A stretch of 64,000 bases of DNA from Candidatus Hydrogenedentota bacterium (GCA_963745075.1 CAVUWV010000010.1:352001-416000), one strand, 5' to 3'. Counted from the stretch's first letter, positions 20,493 through 30,552 are shown. Numbers and translations are program-made. Notes: generated by a model not told the origin, from the letters alone.

Positions 20493-21248
20493 TCAATCCC
20501 GCGCGGCCGTCGCGCGCAATGGCAGACTGTGCACTTCCGCCGCGCCGTTGGGCAGGATGTCCCGCGGCCAGTAGCGCATCACAGCATCCGCGGCCCCCGC
20601 CTTGATCGCCACTTGCGTAATGCTCCGCGTCGTCGACAGCTCCCGGTCCATCAGCGGAGAATAGGCTTCCTCGCCCTCCGGCTGAAGCGCGTGAAACGAC
20701 GGCAGAAATCCCCGCATCGGACATCCCGCCTCGCGCCATGCGGCAAAAGCACCGCGCCGCCACATCGTCACCTCCTCCGTCTTCCACGACGACGACACCA
20801 GCATCGTCCACGTTTCCTCCGTATCCAACGCTGGCAGAAGCCCACGCCCGGTCCATGTCTGCGCGATGGTCTGTTCAAGCGAACACACGAGCAACGTGAA
20901 CGAGGGATACGGCGTCGGATCGAAGTGTCCTGAAAACGCGGCCCGAATGTCCTCTAGTCCGCCGTGCTCCAACAGCCTCGGCACGATCTCGCCACGGGTG
21001 GGTACCGGCCCATTCGCGTCTTCCGGCCGTTCCCCCTGCGGAAAGTACGCATTGACCAGACACCCCACGACTCCCGCGTCGTTTACGGCAATCCACATTC
21101 CGCCCCGATCCGAGTCGCGCGGACCCAACAAGGCGTGCGCACGACCCAACCGCTCCGGCGGAATCTCCGGACCGCGCACCCGCGCCTCATCCCGGTTCAT
21201 CGTTACCGTCAGCGCGGTATCGGTACGATGAATGCTGATCGTGCACAT
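20493..21248 (-). CDS. NRDE/TANGO2 family protein (Ntn-hydrolase-like fold, N-terminal Cys)
   Basis: MCTI...NRDE...D...GGMWI...TRGEIV...PSFTL motifs. Confidence 0.85.
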   Translation of the reverse strand: MCTISIHRTDTALTVTMNRDEARVRGPEIPPERLGRAHALLGPRDSDRGGMWIAVNDAGVVGCLVNAYFPQGERPEDANGPVPTRGEIVPRLLEHGGLEDIRAAFSGHFDPTPYPSFTLLVCSLEQTIAQTWTGRGLLPALDTEETWTMLVSSSWKTEEVTMWRRGAFAAWREAGCPMRGFLPSFHALQPEGEEAYSPLMDRELSTTRSITQVAIKAGAADAVMRYWPRDILPNGAAEVHSLPLRATAARD

Positions 21249-21501
21249 GCGATTCGCTCCCGATCGATCGCTACAACCTTTTCCAGTGTAACACTCCCTG
21301 CGTACGCACGAGCACAGAATTATTGCATTGCCCCCGCGGGGCAAACGACTCCGGTCCGGGCAAGGAAACTACGTTGCACCAATAGCTTACACCCGGCAGG
21401 GGGAGGTGCTTCGCCGTGTAATGCGGCGCCCCATTGCCGGTATTATTCACGGAAGTGAATGCCACTGCCTCTCCGAGAAAAAGACGCTGGGAGTATCCGT
21501 C

Positions 21502-21657
21502 GTGAAACGCACCAAGAACCTGACAAAACCCAAGCTGTTTATCCGCGATCTCGAGCGCCCCGCGCCCGCCAAAGGCAAAGCCACCACCCTCGCCGTCGGT
21601 GAGGAAGCGTGGTGGAAGGGTGGCGTCACGACTCTCGCCCTGGGTGAAGAGGCCTGA
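21502..21657 (+). CDS. Graspetide (plesiocin-type) precursor peptide, 51 aa
   Basis: GGGAG RBS and GTG start; MKRTKNLTKPKLFIRDLERPAPAKGKATTLAVGEEAWWKGGVTTLALGEEA with an LFIxDL leader and two TTxxxxEE cores; stop overlaps the ATP-grasp gene. Confidence 0.88.
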   Translation: MKRTKNLTKPKLFIRDLERPAPAKGKATTLAVGEEAWWKGGVTTLALGEEA

Positions 21658-22600
21658 GTCCGCGAACCACGCCCAAACGCGGCTGGGTCGCCATCTTCGG
21701 CGCAAAGAACGACCCGCAGGTGCGCCGTGTTTCCCGCGCGTTGCGCGAACGGGGCGGAAGTGTTTTCTTGTGCGACAGTGTCGCCTTTCCGGAGACTGTA
21801 CGGGTTTCCTTTGACGAAGACCGCGTCCGGGTCCATGGGAAACCGGTGCCGGAACCCATGCGTTCGGCGTACGTGCGCACGCTGGGCACCAGCTACCGCC
21901 TGCCGAATCTCGCAAAGGAATTGAAAGCCCGCCCCCACGGATTGCTGGCCCAGCTCGACGAATGCGGCGCCATGATGGCATCCATGGCCTGCACCCTCCG
22001 CGAGCGGGGCGTTCCGTTGGTCAACGACCTCGACGTCAACGCCCAACACGGGCGCAAGCCCTATCAGTTGCGCCTCCTCCGCGATGCCGGTCTCCCCGTG
22101 CCGCGCTACCTCGCCAGCAACGATCCCAAAGCGGTCCGCACCTTCGTCCGCCGCGTGAAACGCGCCGTGTACAAACCCATGGCAGGCGGCGCAACCGTCC
22201 GCGAAGTCAAGCCGGAAGACCTCTCCGACGATCGGTTGGACGCCCTGGCCTACGCCCCCGTCCTGTTCCAGGAGCTGATCGAAGGGATGTTCCGTCCGCG
22301 TCTACGTCGTCGGCGGGAAAGCTGTCGCCGCCGGCGAGTATCCACTCCACCGAACTCGACTACCGCCGCGCCGAAGACGCCGTGGTCCCCACCCGGCTCA
22401 CTACCGCCGAACGCCGCGCCGCAATTGCCGCCGCCCGCGCCTGCTCCATGCGCTTCAGCGGCGTCGACCTCATCCGCACGAAGGAGGCGTTCCTCGTCCT
22501 CGAATGCAATCCGTCCCCCATGTTTGCCGTCTTCGAAAAAAAGACCGGCGTCGACATAGCCGGCCCCCTCGCAAACTACCTCCTCAACCCTGAAAGCTGA
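21654..22600 (+). CDS. ATP-grasp ligase, graspetide synthetase (PsnB-like); two +1 indels near 22290 and 22333
   Basis: KPYQL, VYKPMAGG, LFQELIEG, VRVYVVGG (second frame), ELDYR and LECNPSPMF (third frame). Confidence 0.82.
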
Positions 22601-22604
22601 TCGC

Positions 22605-22670
22605 AATTCTTCTTCGTTCTTCGTTCTTCGTTCTTCGTTCTCGTAATCGTAATCGTAATCGTTCTCGTAA
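22605..22670. repeat. (TTCTTCG)n and (TCGTAA)n tandem repeats
   Basis: Directly visible after the ATP-grasp stop codon. Confidence 0.85.
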
Positions 22671-22854
22671 CACCCACGATGCCGGGGTCCAATTCTGACT
22701 CGTCGCATTAAACTTCACGAGCGAATTTGCTCCTCTTCAATCTGTGCAATTCGGCGTAACCTGTGGACCAAGAAGAAACACCACCGCGGGTTACCCCACA
22801 GTGGTGTTCAATCCAGCCTCAATCCCCCGAATGCGAGGGAAAACGATGTGCGCT

Positions 22855-23194
22855 TTACTGAGCCGCCGGTTCGCGGACCAACTCGTCCAGCTTTTCTTCG
22901 ACGTTCCTTGGCCTCTTCCGCCGTCGGCAAGGGATCCTGCGTCTCATTGATCACCGGCCAGTCCGCCGCGAGTTCCTGATTCAACGCGATGTAATGCTGC
23001 CACTTCTCCGGCAGATCCTCTTCCGGGTAAATGGCGTGAACCGGGCACTCATCCACGCACGCACCACAATCGATACACTCGTCGGGATCGATTACGAGCA
23101 TGTTAACGCCTTCGTGGAAGCAATCCACCGGACACACCGCCACGCAGTCCGTGTACTTGCACTTGATGCACGGTTCGACAACGATATGGGCCAT
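22855..23194 (-). CDS. fdxA: FdxA-type 7Fe/8Fe ferredoxin (probable extra base near 22905)
   Basis: [18 protein letters not shown] and [18 protein letters not shown]; removing one A gives the tail [18 protein letters not shown]. Confidence 0.88.
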
Positions 23195-23605
23195 CTTTCT
23201 CTCTCCTGTAAGCGAAATCTGCGGCCGAACTTCCCAAGCGGCCACATAGAATGCAACATCGCAGGACCGGGTAAACATTTCGGTGCGGAAGGAGAAAATC
23301 CTACCGGTTCCCCGCCGAAATGAACTCCCGTGTGTACCATTCCGCCCGCCGGTATGTCAAATTCGCAACGCCCAAAATGGCGACGTCTCAACCTCGAACG
23401 TGGTCCTCACCCTACCCTAGCGTACTCGTACCCCGAAACGCAGCGATTCGGCCGCACAAAACGTCTTCGAGTACAAAGTGTCATGAAAGGGGCTTTCGCC
23501 CGAAGAAGAGGAAAATGAGGTTTTCGGCGCCTACAGGCGGGTAGCCGGACGGCAGCGGAGTAGGATGGGAATCACTTTCGGAGCAGTACGAACGGTTCGC
23601 CCGAC

Positions 23606-24337
23606 CTACTCCGCGTTGCGCCCGATAAACCGGTAATACGGCGCCCGCGCGACGGGCAGATAGCGCAGCCGCGCACGGTGTTCGGAGAAGTGCACCGGCG
23701 TGAAGCGATCGAACAAGTACGGCACGTGGTCCGGCGACGGAAACACGTTGTCCATGGGAAACCACGCGGGCCAAAGCGTCCGCGTCAGCCAGGAATGCCG
23801 CCGGTGCCCTTGTGCCGGATACTTCCGCGAAACGTAGAAATCGGTCACCCCGATCAACCCGCCCGGCTTCAGAATTGCCCGGGCCCGGTCGATGGCCGCA
23901 AACCAGTCCGGAATCATCGTGAGCGAATAAGAAAACGTTACAACGTCCACCTGCCCTTCCGCGGGGGTGAAATCCGTCACGTCGCGCTCCAGCACTTCCA
24001 CATTGGCCCACCGGTGTGCCGCCGCCCGTTCCCGGGCCAACGCCAGCAGCGAAGGACAGATATCCACGATGTAAACCTTCCCCAGCCGCGCGAGGTCCGG
24101 GCCGATCCGCTCAATGTTCTTCCCCGTGCCGCCGCCCATATCGGCCCACACCGCGCCGTCTTCCACGGGAAGCTGGGCAAACAGTTCCTTCCGCCCGAGC
24201 AACAGATGCTCGCGAAACCCGTCGTAGCCACGGGCCTGCCCGCGATAGAGACTGTCGAGCCGGTCCGCGTGCGACGAGCCGCGGATGGGCGTCAGCGCCA
24301 TGTGGTACAGGACTTTTAGTTCACTTACGATTGACAT
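23606..24337 (-). CDS. Class I SAM-dependent methyltransferase, BtaB/BTA1-like
   Basis: HADRLDSLY..QA..YD.FR..LL.GR, DMGGGTG, FSYSLTMIPDW and GVTDFYVS. Confidence 0.75.
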   Translation of the reverse strand: MSIVSELKVLYHMALTPIRGSSHADRLDSLYRGQARGYDGFREHLLLGRKELFAQLPVEDGAVWADMGGGTGKNIERIGPDLARLGKVYIVDICPSLLALARERAAAHRWANVEVLERDVTDFTPAEGQVDVVTFSYSLTMIPDWFAAIDRARAILKPGGLIGVTDFYVSRKYPAQGHRRHSWLTRTLWPAWFPMDNVFPSPDHVPYLFDRFTPVHFSEHRARLRYLPVARAPYYRFIGRNAE

Positions 24338-24539
24338 TACACCAGCCTGCAGCGCTATTAAGGACGGCGGGTTTTCCAACCCGCCCTCCTCTTGCAGCCC
24401 ACGGATCTTTTCACGAACGCCTTGCAGGACGCAAGGCATGGCGACACGCACGAAATACGGAGGTCATCGAAAAGGAGCACGAAGAAAGCGCATGGAATCG
24501 CACGTCAATCGCAGATCCGAGATCTCCTCCAGCCGCCTC

Positions 24540-25820
24540 TCAGTACGACTCGCCGTCCAACCCCGCCACAAACGCCCGGTACTCGACAATGGCGTCCTTC
24601 TGCGCCTCGGCACGCGCTGCGTCCACCTCATCGTAGTGTTCTTCGAGAAGCTGGACCACCGTCCCGTCAAGTTCGCCGGACTCGTTCTGCCGCCGCAGGA
24701 TGCCGAGCGTCTTCGCCCGGTCCAGCCCGCGCCGGTACGGCCGATTCTCCGTCAGCGCGGTGAACACGTCGGCCACCGCCATGATCCGCGCGCCGAGCGA
24801 AAGCTCTTTTGCCGTGCGGTGAAAGGGGTAGCCCGTTCCGTTCAAGCGCTCCTGGTGCAAGGCGCTCCAGTCCGTGATCACCTCAAACCCTTCCACTTCC
24901 TCCAGCACCTGATACGTATAGAACGCATGGCAAAGCATGATGTTTCGTTCTTTCTCGTTCAGCCGCCCCGGTTTGTCGATGATCTCAAGCGGAACGGCCA
25001 ACTTGCCGAGGTCGTGCAGATACGCCGCCACCCGCATCGTCTCCCGTTCCTGGTCTGAGAACCCGATGAGGTCCGCCAGGCACACCGCCGACGCCGCGAC
25101 TCCGCTCGAGTGGGTTGCCGTGAATTCGCTTTTGAAATCGATCAACCGGCAGATCAACCGCGAGAAATCGACCAGCCCTTCCAGGTCCAGCTCGATCGAC
25201 TCCTCCCGCAGTTCGCGCCGGAGTATCGAGTCCAGCGATTGGGATACGATCTCCAACCAGAAGTACTCTTTCTCCGCGAGTTGACGGAAGACCTGGACCA
25301 TCTCGGGCTTGAAGAGCCGGCCCGACTCTCGCTCCACGGCCTCGCGAATCTCCTTTACCTGCCCCAACGGCGACTTGTTCCGGTCCACGAGAACCGCAAT
25401 GCGATCCGCGAGATGGAGCAGATGCGCATCCTCCGGCACCGCCTCCCCGTTCCAGCGCGCGCCCTTGCCGTCCGCCCACGGTACGTGGTGAAAGCGCACC
25501 AGCTTCGCGATGCCATGAAACGGCGCAAACGTTTCCAGGAGCCGCGCGCCGACAACCGCGTGCTGATACGGCCGGACATCCTCAAACTCGAGCACGTCCA
25601 ACCGTTCCCGCATGGAAAAACAACCGATGTCATGGAGGGCGCCCGCCAGGGCCAATTGATACTGCGTGTGCCGGGGCCGATCGGATTCGCGCCCCAGGCG
25701 GTACGCGATATAGGCCACGCGGGTGTGGTGCTCCGCGATCCGGGGATTCACCAGATCGACCGTCTTGGCCAGCGACGCGACCAGGTCGAACAGATACACG
25801 CGACTCGGCGAGAAAGACAT
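24540..25820 (-). CDS. Tandem HD/HD-GYP cyclic dinucleotide phosphodiesterase
   Basis: Two HD motifs (LHDIG, LHDLGK), HQERLNGTGYP and VADVFTALTENRPYR. Confidence 0.88.
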   Translation of the reverse strand: MSFSPSRVYLFDLVASLAKTVDLVNPRIAEHHTRVAYIAYRLGRESDRPRHTQYQLALAGALHDIGCFSMRERLDVLEFEDVRPYQHAVVGARLLETFAPFHGIAKLVRFHHVPWADGKGARWNGEAVPEDAHLLHLADRIAVLVDRNKSPLGQVKEIREAVERESGRLFKPEMVQVFRQLAEKEYFWLEIVSQSLDSILRRELREESIELDLEGLVDFSRLICRLIDFKSEFTATHSSGVAASAVCLADLIGFSDQERETMRVAAYLHDLGKLAVPLEIIDKPGRLNEKERNIMLCHAFYTYQVLEEVEGFEVITDWSALHQERLNGTGYPFHRTAKELSLGARIMAVADVFTALTENRPYRRGLDRAKTLGILRRQNESGELDGTVVQLLEEHYDEVDAARAEAQKDAIVEYRAFVAGLDGESY

Positions 25821-26094
25821 ACTACGCTCCTTCCCACCAGTCACACGGGACCCCTTGCGCCTGCAAAATCATTATACCGGATGAAGGATTGGAGGGGCAT
25901 ATTCCTCAACGCGAAGACGGGAGTGGCCCCACTGGGAGCGCCTGGCTCCAGCCTGCCGACGTTCGGACCGTTTACCGACTGCAATACATCGACGGCAATT
26001 GCTCAGCGTAGATGCATACCCTCCCGTTCACGGGGAGGGTCAGGGGGGTCTTTCCGGCCAATCGTACTCGTGCGTCGTAATCGTAATCGCCAGC

Positions 26095-26664
26095 CTACCG
26101 CGGCCGCACCTGCCCCGCTTCCGCGCAAATGGCGTCGAACAAACGGGAAACCGGCTCGATACCAAAATCCCGAAAATTCTTGGGGTTCTTCCAAAATTCC
26201 TTCAATCGCCCCCGGCCCTCGCGCTCATACATCACGATCTTGACCATCATCTGCGCCTTGTCCAGCCCGCGGACCAGCCGCGCTTCCGGCGTCTGGGGGT
26301 CCAGCAATTCCCGGTGGTACGCCGCGTACTTGGCCGGAAACCCCTCCATCAACCGCTCGATGATCGCTTGCTCCGCGTCATTTTTGGCCTGTTTCAAAAA
26401 CCCGTCGCCGGCCGGCATGGGGATGTCCATCAGCCACGCTTCGGGCAGGTCGTGGATGAGCGCCATGGTGAGGGCACGTTCCCGGTCGAACTGATCCGGA
26501 TACTCCTCCACAAACAGGAGCGTCATGAGCGCCACAAAATGACTGTGCGCCGCAACCGACTCCGGCTCACATACCCCGCGCAAGACATACCCCGCCCGCG
26601 CAATACGGTCCAGGGGATGGATTTGTTCGAAAAGGGCGATCACGCGCCGCTCAAAATCGTCCAT
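26095..26664 (-). CDS. HD domain 5'-deoxynucleotidase-like protein (YfbR/HDDC2 family)
   Basis: R.GY...ESVAAHS, MALIHDLPEA..DIP and EARLVRGLDK. Confidence 0.83.
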   Translation of the reverse strand: MDDFERRVIALFEQIHPLDRIARAGYVLRGVCEPESVAAHSHFVALMTLLFVEEYPDQFDRERALTMALIHDLPEAWLMDIPMPAGDGFLKQAKNDAEQAIIERLMEGFPAKYAAYHRELLDPQTPEARLVRGLDKAQMMVKIVMYEREGRGRLKEFWKNPKNFRDFGIEPVSRLFDAICAEAGQVRPR

Positions 26665-26784
26665 CGTATCTTTCACAACCCACGAGCAAGACTCATCGTC
26701 TTTGGAGGTAGCCGTGTGGGACAGCCACGCCGCGGCGTGGCTGTCGTTCTGCAGTCACATACACAGTGCCGCCCCTCGCCCGGC

Positions 26785-28122
26785 TTAGATCAGCGAATCC
26801 CGGAGGCAGTCGTCCCGCATGTTCAGGTATTCGTCCAACATGGCCTCCGCCGACTCGCGGTCCAGCCCGATCATCGTAAGCGGCGTCGCCAGCGCATCGA
26901 GCAGCTCGCCGCTGTCTTCGAGATTCGTTTGCAGCGTGCGCGCCATCTGGGTCCCAATCGCGACGATCGCCACGTTCTCCTTGGCATCCACCGCCAGTTC
27001 CGGCCGGTGATGGAACCGGATCGGCTCTGCAATTTCGATCGGCAATCCCCAGTGCGACGCCAGCAGGTGTCCCGCTTCCATGTGTGACAACCCGAGCAAT
27101 TCCTCTTCCGCTGCAATCAGTTCCTCGCCGTCGAGAGAATGATCGATCTTCGAGTACAGATCCGGCGCGACTTCCGACAGGGCCAGCCGTCCAATGTCGT
27201 GCAGCAACCCACCCGAGAACACGCCGATCTGGCGCTTGCGCCCGCTGGCCTTCGCGATGATCCGCGTCGCCGCCGCGCAGCACATGGATTCCACCCAGAA
27301 CGCACGGTAATCGAAGGCCTTCGACTTGTCGAACACATTCACCACCGCCGCCGAAAGCACGATCGCGTACGTCTCGCGAAGCCCCAGCAACGACACCGCC
27401 AGACCCACGTCGTCCACCCGCTGGGGAAACCCATACGCAGCCGAGTTCGCAACACTCAGGACCTTAGCCGCGATCGGCGGGTCCAACACGATAATATCCG
27501 CCACGTCGCGCACGGAACTCAACGGATCGAGCGTCGCTTCCTGCACGCGCCGCACCGTTTCCGGCAGGGCCGGCAGCATATCGATCTGGCGAATCATAGT
27601 GGCCAGATTCGTCAGCCGGATCGAAGCGCGGATCCCCGTTGCATCGGGAATCTCCGGCGCACCTTTAGCCCCCGCGGGCTTTTCGTCGACAGGAACGGCG
27701 GGATAGTACCGCTGAATCGCGGACCGGATATCCGCCGGCGCGCACAACAACGGTTTGACGCGCAGCCCCGTGCGTTCTTCGATCTTCTGCACGGTCGCGG
27801 AATCGAGGGGACACACCATTCCGACGGTCAAAAGCCGCCCCAACTTATCGATGGGAAATATTTCGTGCTCGACGGCCATCTCGCGTGGGATCAGATCGAT
27901 CAACTCGCGGGGAATGTCGTACTTGGAAAGGTCGATGCTCGCCACGCCGGGCTGGCGCGCGAGGAAGCCGACAAAGGCTTCTGCATCCAGATAGCCCAAC
28001 GCGATCAGCGTTTCCACGATCTTGCCGCCTTTGGCCGCCTGCGTGTTGAGCCCTTCCTGTAACTGATCCTTGTGGATCAGGCCGGCGTCGACCAGCAATT
28101 CGCCGATACGGCGTTTGGCCAT
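26785..28122 (-). CDS. MshEN/GspE-N domain plus HDOD domain protein
   Basis: RIGELLVDAGLI...L..Q at the N-terminus; LPALP, DP..AAKVL..ANSAAYG, LLHDIG and HHRPE. Confidence 0.85.
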   Translation of the reverse strand: MAKRRIGELLVDAGLIHKDQLQEGLNTQAAKGGKIVETLIALGYLDAEAFVGFLARQPGVASIDLSKYDIPRELIDLIPREMAVEHEIFPIDKLGRLLTVGMVCPLDSATVQKIEERTGLRVKPLLCAPADIRSAIQRYYPAVPVDEKPAGAKGAPEIPDATGIRASIRLTNLATMIRQIDMLPALPETVRRVQEATLDPLSSVRDVADIIVLDPPIAAKVLSVANSAAYGFPQRVDDVGLAVSLLGLRETYAIVLSAAVVNVFDKSKAFDYRAFWVESMCCAAATRIIAKASGRKRQIGVFSGGLLHDIGRLALSEVAPDLYSKIDHSLDGEELIAAEEELLGLSHMEAGHLLASHWGLPIEIAEPIRFHHRPELAVDAKENVAIVAIGTQMARTLQTNLEDSGELLDALATPLTMIGLDRESAEAMLDEYLNMRDDCLRDSLI

Positions 28123-28401
28123 CGTATCCAGTTGCCGTTGCCCCGCCGCCCGCGCGCGAGAAGGAACGCCCCCGGAGTGCCTATCGTCAGTGCTCGGTGT
28201 CATGTAGTACCTTCCCGTTCACCGGGCGCAAGCGCATATCAAGGCGCAACCCATCCGTAAATGCGCGTGCTATCTACGCATGCCTTCGCAACGAGAGGGA
28301 CGGCCCAGTGTCGCATCATTCTACGGTCGCCCCCGTGCACCGGTCAAGCGCAATGGATTCCGCGTCAATCCGAGCGGCAAGCTGCCCGGCGGCGGAGTCC
28401 G

Positions 28402-30552
28402 CTATTTCCGCAGCGCCACTTCCTTGTCGGCGACCGCACCGAGATCCGCGTAAATCTGTTTTGCCGCGTCGACCCGTTGCAGCAATTCGGGACCTTGCAG
28501 GGCCAGTTGTTTGATCGTCCGGTTGTCGTCCACCTCCCCGGAGTCGTTCCGGGCGATGGCATCCGCGACGATTTGTTCGACCTCGGCCAGGCTGGCTTCG
28601 CGCTTTGCAAGGAGTTCCTGGATTCCGTCAAACTTCCAGAACCGCAGCCCGTCGCGCACGACATAGATCGGCGTCGTGTGGGCCCGCGAACCGTCGCTTC
28701 CGTCGGCGCGCGCCGCGATCCAGAATCCGTTGCCCGGCGGCAGATCGAAGTCCAGCGCCAACTCCGACTGATCGGCGTCAGTCGATTCGGCGGTCTTCAC
28801 CGGCTCCCCGTGGACGATGATATCCAGCTTCACCGGCACGCACCGGTCCGGATCGCCCCAGGCCCGCGCCTTCACCCGTAGCGGCTCGTCGTCCGCCACG
28901 TCGATTTCGTCGCCCGGCATCGCCTTATTCACCGTGAAGTCGAGCATGATTCCGTTCGTCACGAAGGTGTGCCCTTCCCGCACGGCTTCGAACCAGCGGT
29001 CCGCCGTGAACTTCTTCTTCCCGGTATACGCGTAGACCCGCACCTCGCCGATGCTGCCGCCCCACGGCACGTCGGACCCCGCCGATGCCGTAACCTTAAA
29101 ACCCGTGTTCAGAAAGTCGTAGTAAAGGTCCGTCCCCAGGTTCGCGAACTGGAGCAGCTCCACAAAATCGATCTTGTCTTTCGGAATGTTGATGCTCATG
29201 TCGCGGTGAACCTGAAAGATCCCCGAATTCACGTGCGCGTACCCGGACAGACCGCCTTGCCGGTGCACTTCGTCAAACACGGTGTCGTACAAGTAATACC
29301 GATCCGTATTGCGGATCATGTTCTTGATGTTCATCGCCAGCGTGTGACCGAGTTCGTTGTGTGTGCGCGGGCATTCCTGTCCCGGCGAAAGCACGTAGTC
29401 GCCGTCGACCACGCGAAAGTCCTGCCCAAACCCACGCTGCTCGAACCACGTCCGGTAAATGTCGCCCATCTTCACGATGTTCGCGAGGTGCACGTCCTCG
29501 GCTTGCGCCCACGTCATGATCGTTTCCCCGTCCTCATCGCTGAGGATCTGCGTGTGCACATGATCGTCGCCGGAATACCACCCAGACTTGCGCATGTCGA
29601 CCCAACGGCGCGGACGGTACGTCCGTTCCACCGTCTCGTCGGACGTTACGGTAAACGTGTCCCGTACCGGCACGTGCTCCACCCCGCGTAGAACGGTAAT
29701 CGCGTATTCGCCGGGAGCCAGCGCCATATTGAAGGGACCCGGTACGCACCAATACGCGCCCGCAAGTTCGCCGGGATAGTTGGCGCGCCGCGCACCATCC
29801 CAGTTGCCCTGACGATCGAATTGGGGACCGAAATCCAGCGCGTTGCTCGGTTTGATTTCGCGGCCGTCCGTCTTCCACACAATCCGCATCATGGCCGGCG
29901 CGGGTTTCCCCGTGTCGTCGGACAGCACCGTAATCCGTAGCGTTCCGTGATCCGGCGTCTGCGTATGAATCGGAAGAACGGTGGCCGGCCGACCCGCCAC
30001 CGAAAAGTTGAGATACATCAACGTCTTCAACTGAGGTACGCGATTCAACGAAACCAACACCCACGTAACGCAACCCGGTTCAACCTCAACCGGCAACTCG
30101 TAACGGGAGAAGTCGGAGAGATCGTAGTCGATCGTAAGGCATCGCGCCGGACCGTCTCCGCTCGACACGCGAAATAGAAGCGCCCCCGAGTCGCCCGGCA
30201 ACGTTAAGGCCTCCACCGGCAACACGGTCTTCTCGCCGCCAAGGGTAATCTCTTGCGTGGAAGAGCACCCCGCCAGAATCTCCTGCAAATGTTGTGCGGC
30301 GCCGTCCCGTTTGGCCGTGGCCGCCTTCCGCTCGTCGTCGGTCGGCGCGCGCCGCAATTCCTGTTGGGCTTCGCGCAACGTGCGATTGACGTCATCCAGC
30401 GCCGCCTGGTCCGCCTTGGCAAACAAGTAAGGGTGGTAACGCACCAGCGCGCCCGCCATCTCCGCCGCTCCCGGCAGCGTTTGTGCCTCTTGGGCCCCGG
30501 TGGGAAGCAACGTCAGCACCGAAACCAGCAAAAATACGTAGCCCGCTTTCAT
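28402..30552 (-). CDS. Secreted CehA/McbA family (PHP-like) metallohydrolase
   Basis: Signal peptide, GWYSGDDHVH, AGSD and GHTFVTNG. Confidence 0.8.
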   Translation of the reverse strand: MKAGYVFLLVSVLTLLPTGAQEAQTLPGAAEMAGALVRYHPYLFAKADQAALDDVNRTLREAQQELRRAPTDDERKAATAKRDGAAQHLQEILAGCSSTQEITLGGEKTVLPVEALTLPGDSGALLFRVSSGDGPARCLTIDYDLSDFSRYELPVEVEPGCVTWVLVSLNRVPQLKTLMYLNFSVAGRPATVLPIHTQTPDHGTLRITVLSDDTGKPAPAMMRIVWKTDGREIKPSNALDFGPQFDRQGNWDGARRANYPGELAGAYWCVPGPFNMALAPGEYAITVLRGVEHVPVRDTFTVTSDETVERTYRPRRWVDMRKSGWYSGDDHVHTQILSDEDGETIMTWAQAEDVHLANIVKMGDIYRTWFEQRGFGQDFRVVDGDYVLSPGQECPRTHNELGHTLAMNIKNMIRNTDRYYLYDTVFDEVHRQGGLSGYAHVNSGIFQVHRDMSINIPKDKIDFVELLQFANLGTDLYYDFLNTGFKVTASAGSDVPWGGSIGEVRVYAYTGKKKFTADRWFEAVREGHTFVTNGIMLDFTVNKAMPGDEIDVADDEPLRVKARAWGDPDRCVPVKLDIIVHGEPVKTAESTDADQSELALDFDLPPGNGFWIAARADGSDGSRAHTTPIYVVRDGLRFWKFDGIQELLAKREASLAEVEQIVADAIARNDSGEVDDNRTIKQLALQGPELLQRVDAAKQIYADLGAVADKEVALRK

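Noticed and set aside
20362..20496. 44-aa ORF after the NRDE gene, faintly like an acyltransferase C-terminus
   Set aside because: Too short and without a catalytic motif to call
21250..21500. Possible c-di-GMP riboswitch (GGCAAAC) upstream of the precursor
   Set aside because: The GNRA-capped P2 stem and GCAAAG element are not present
22855..23194. Ferredoxin as a RiPP tailoring partner
   Set aside because: Convergent orientation, ordinary FdxA sequence, and ATP-grasp chemistry needs no redox partner
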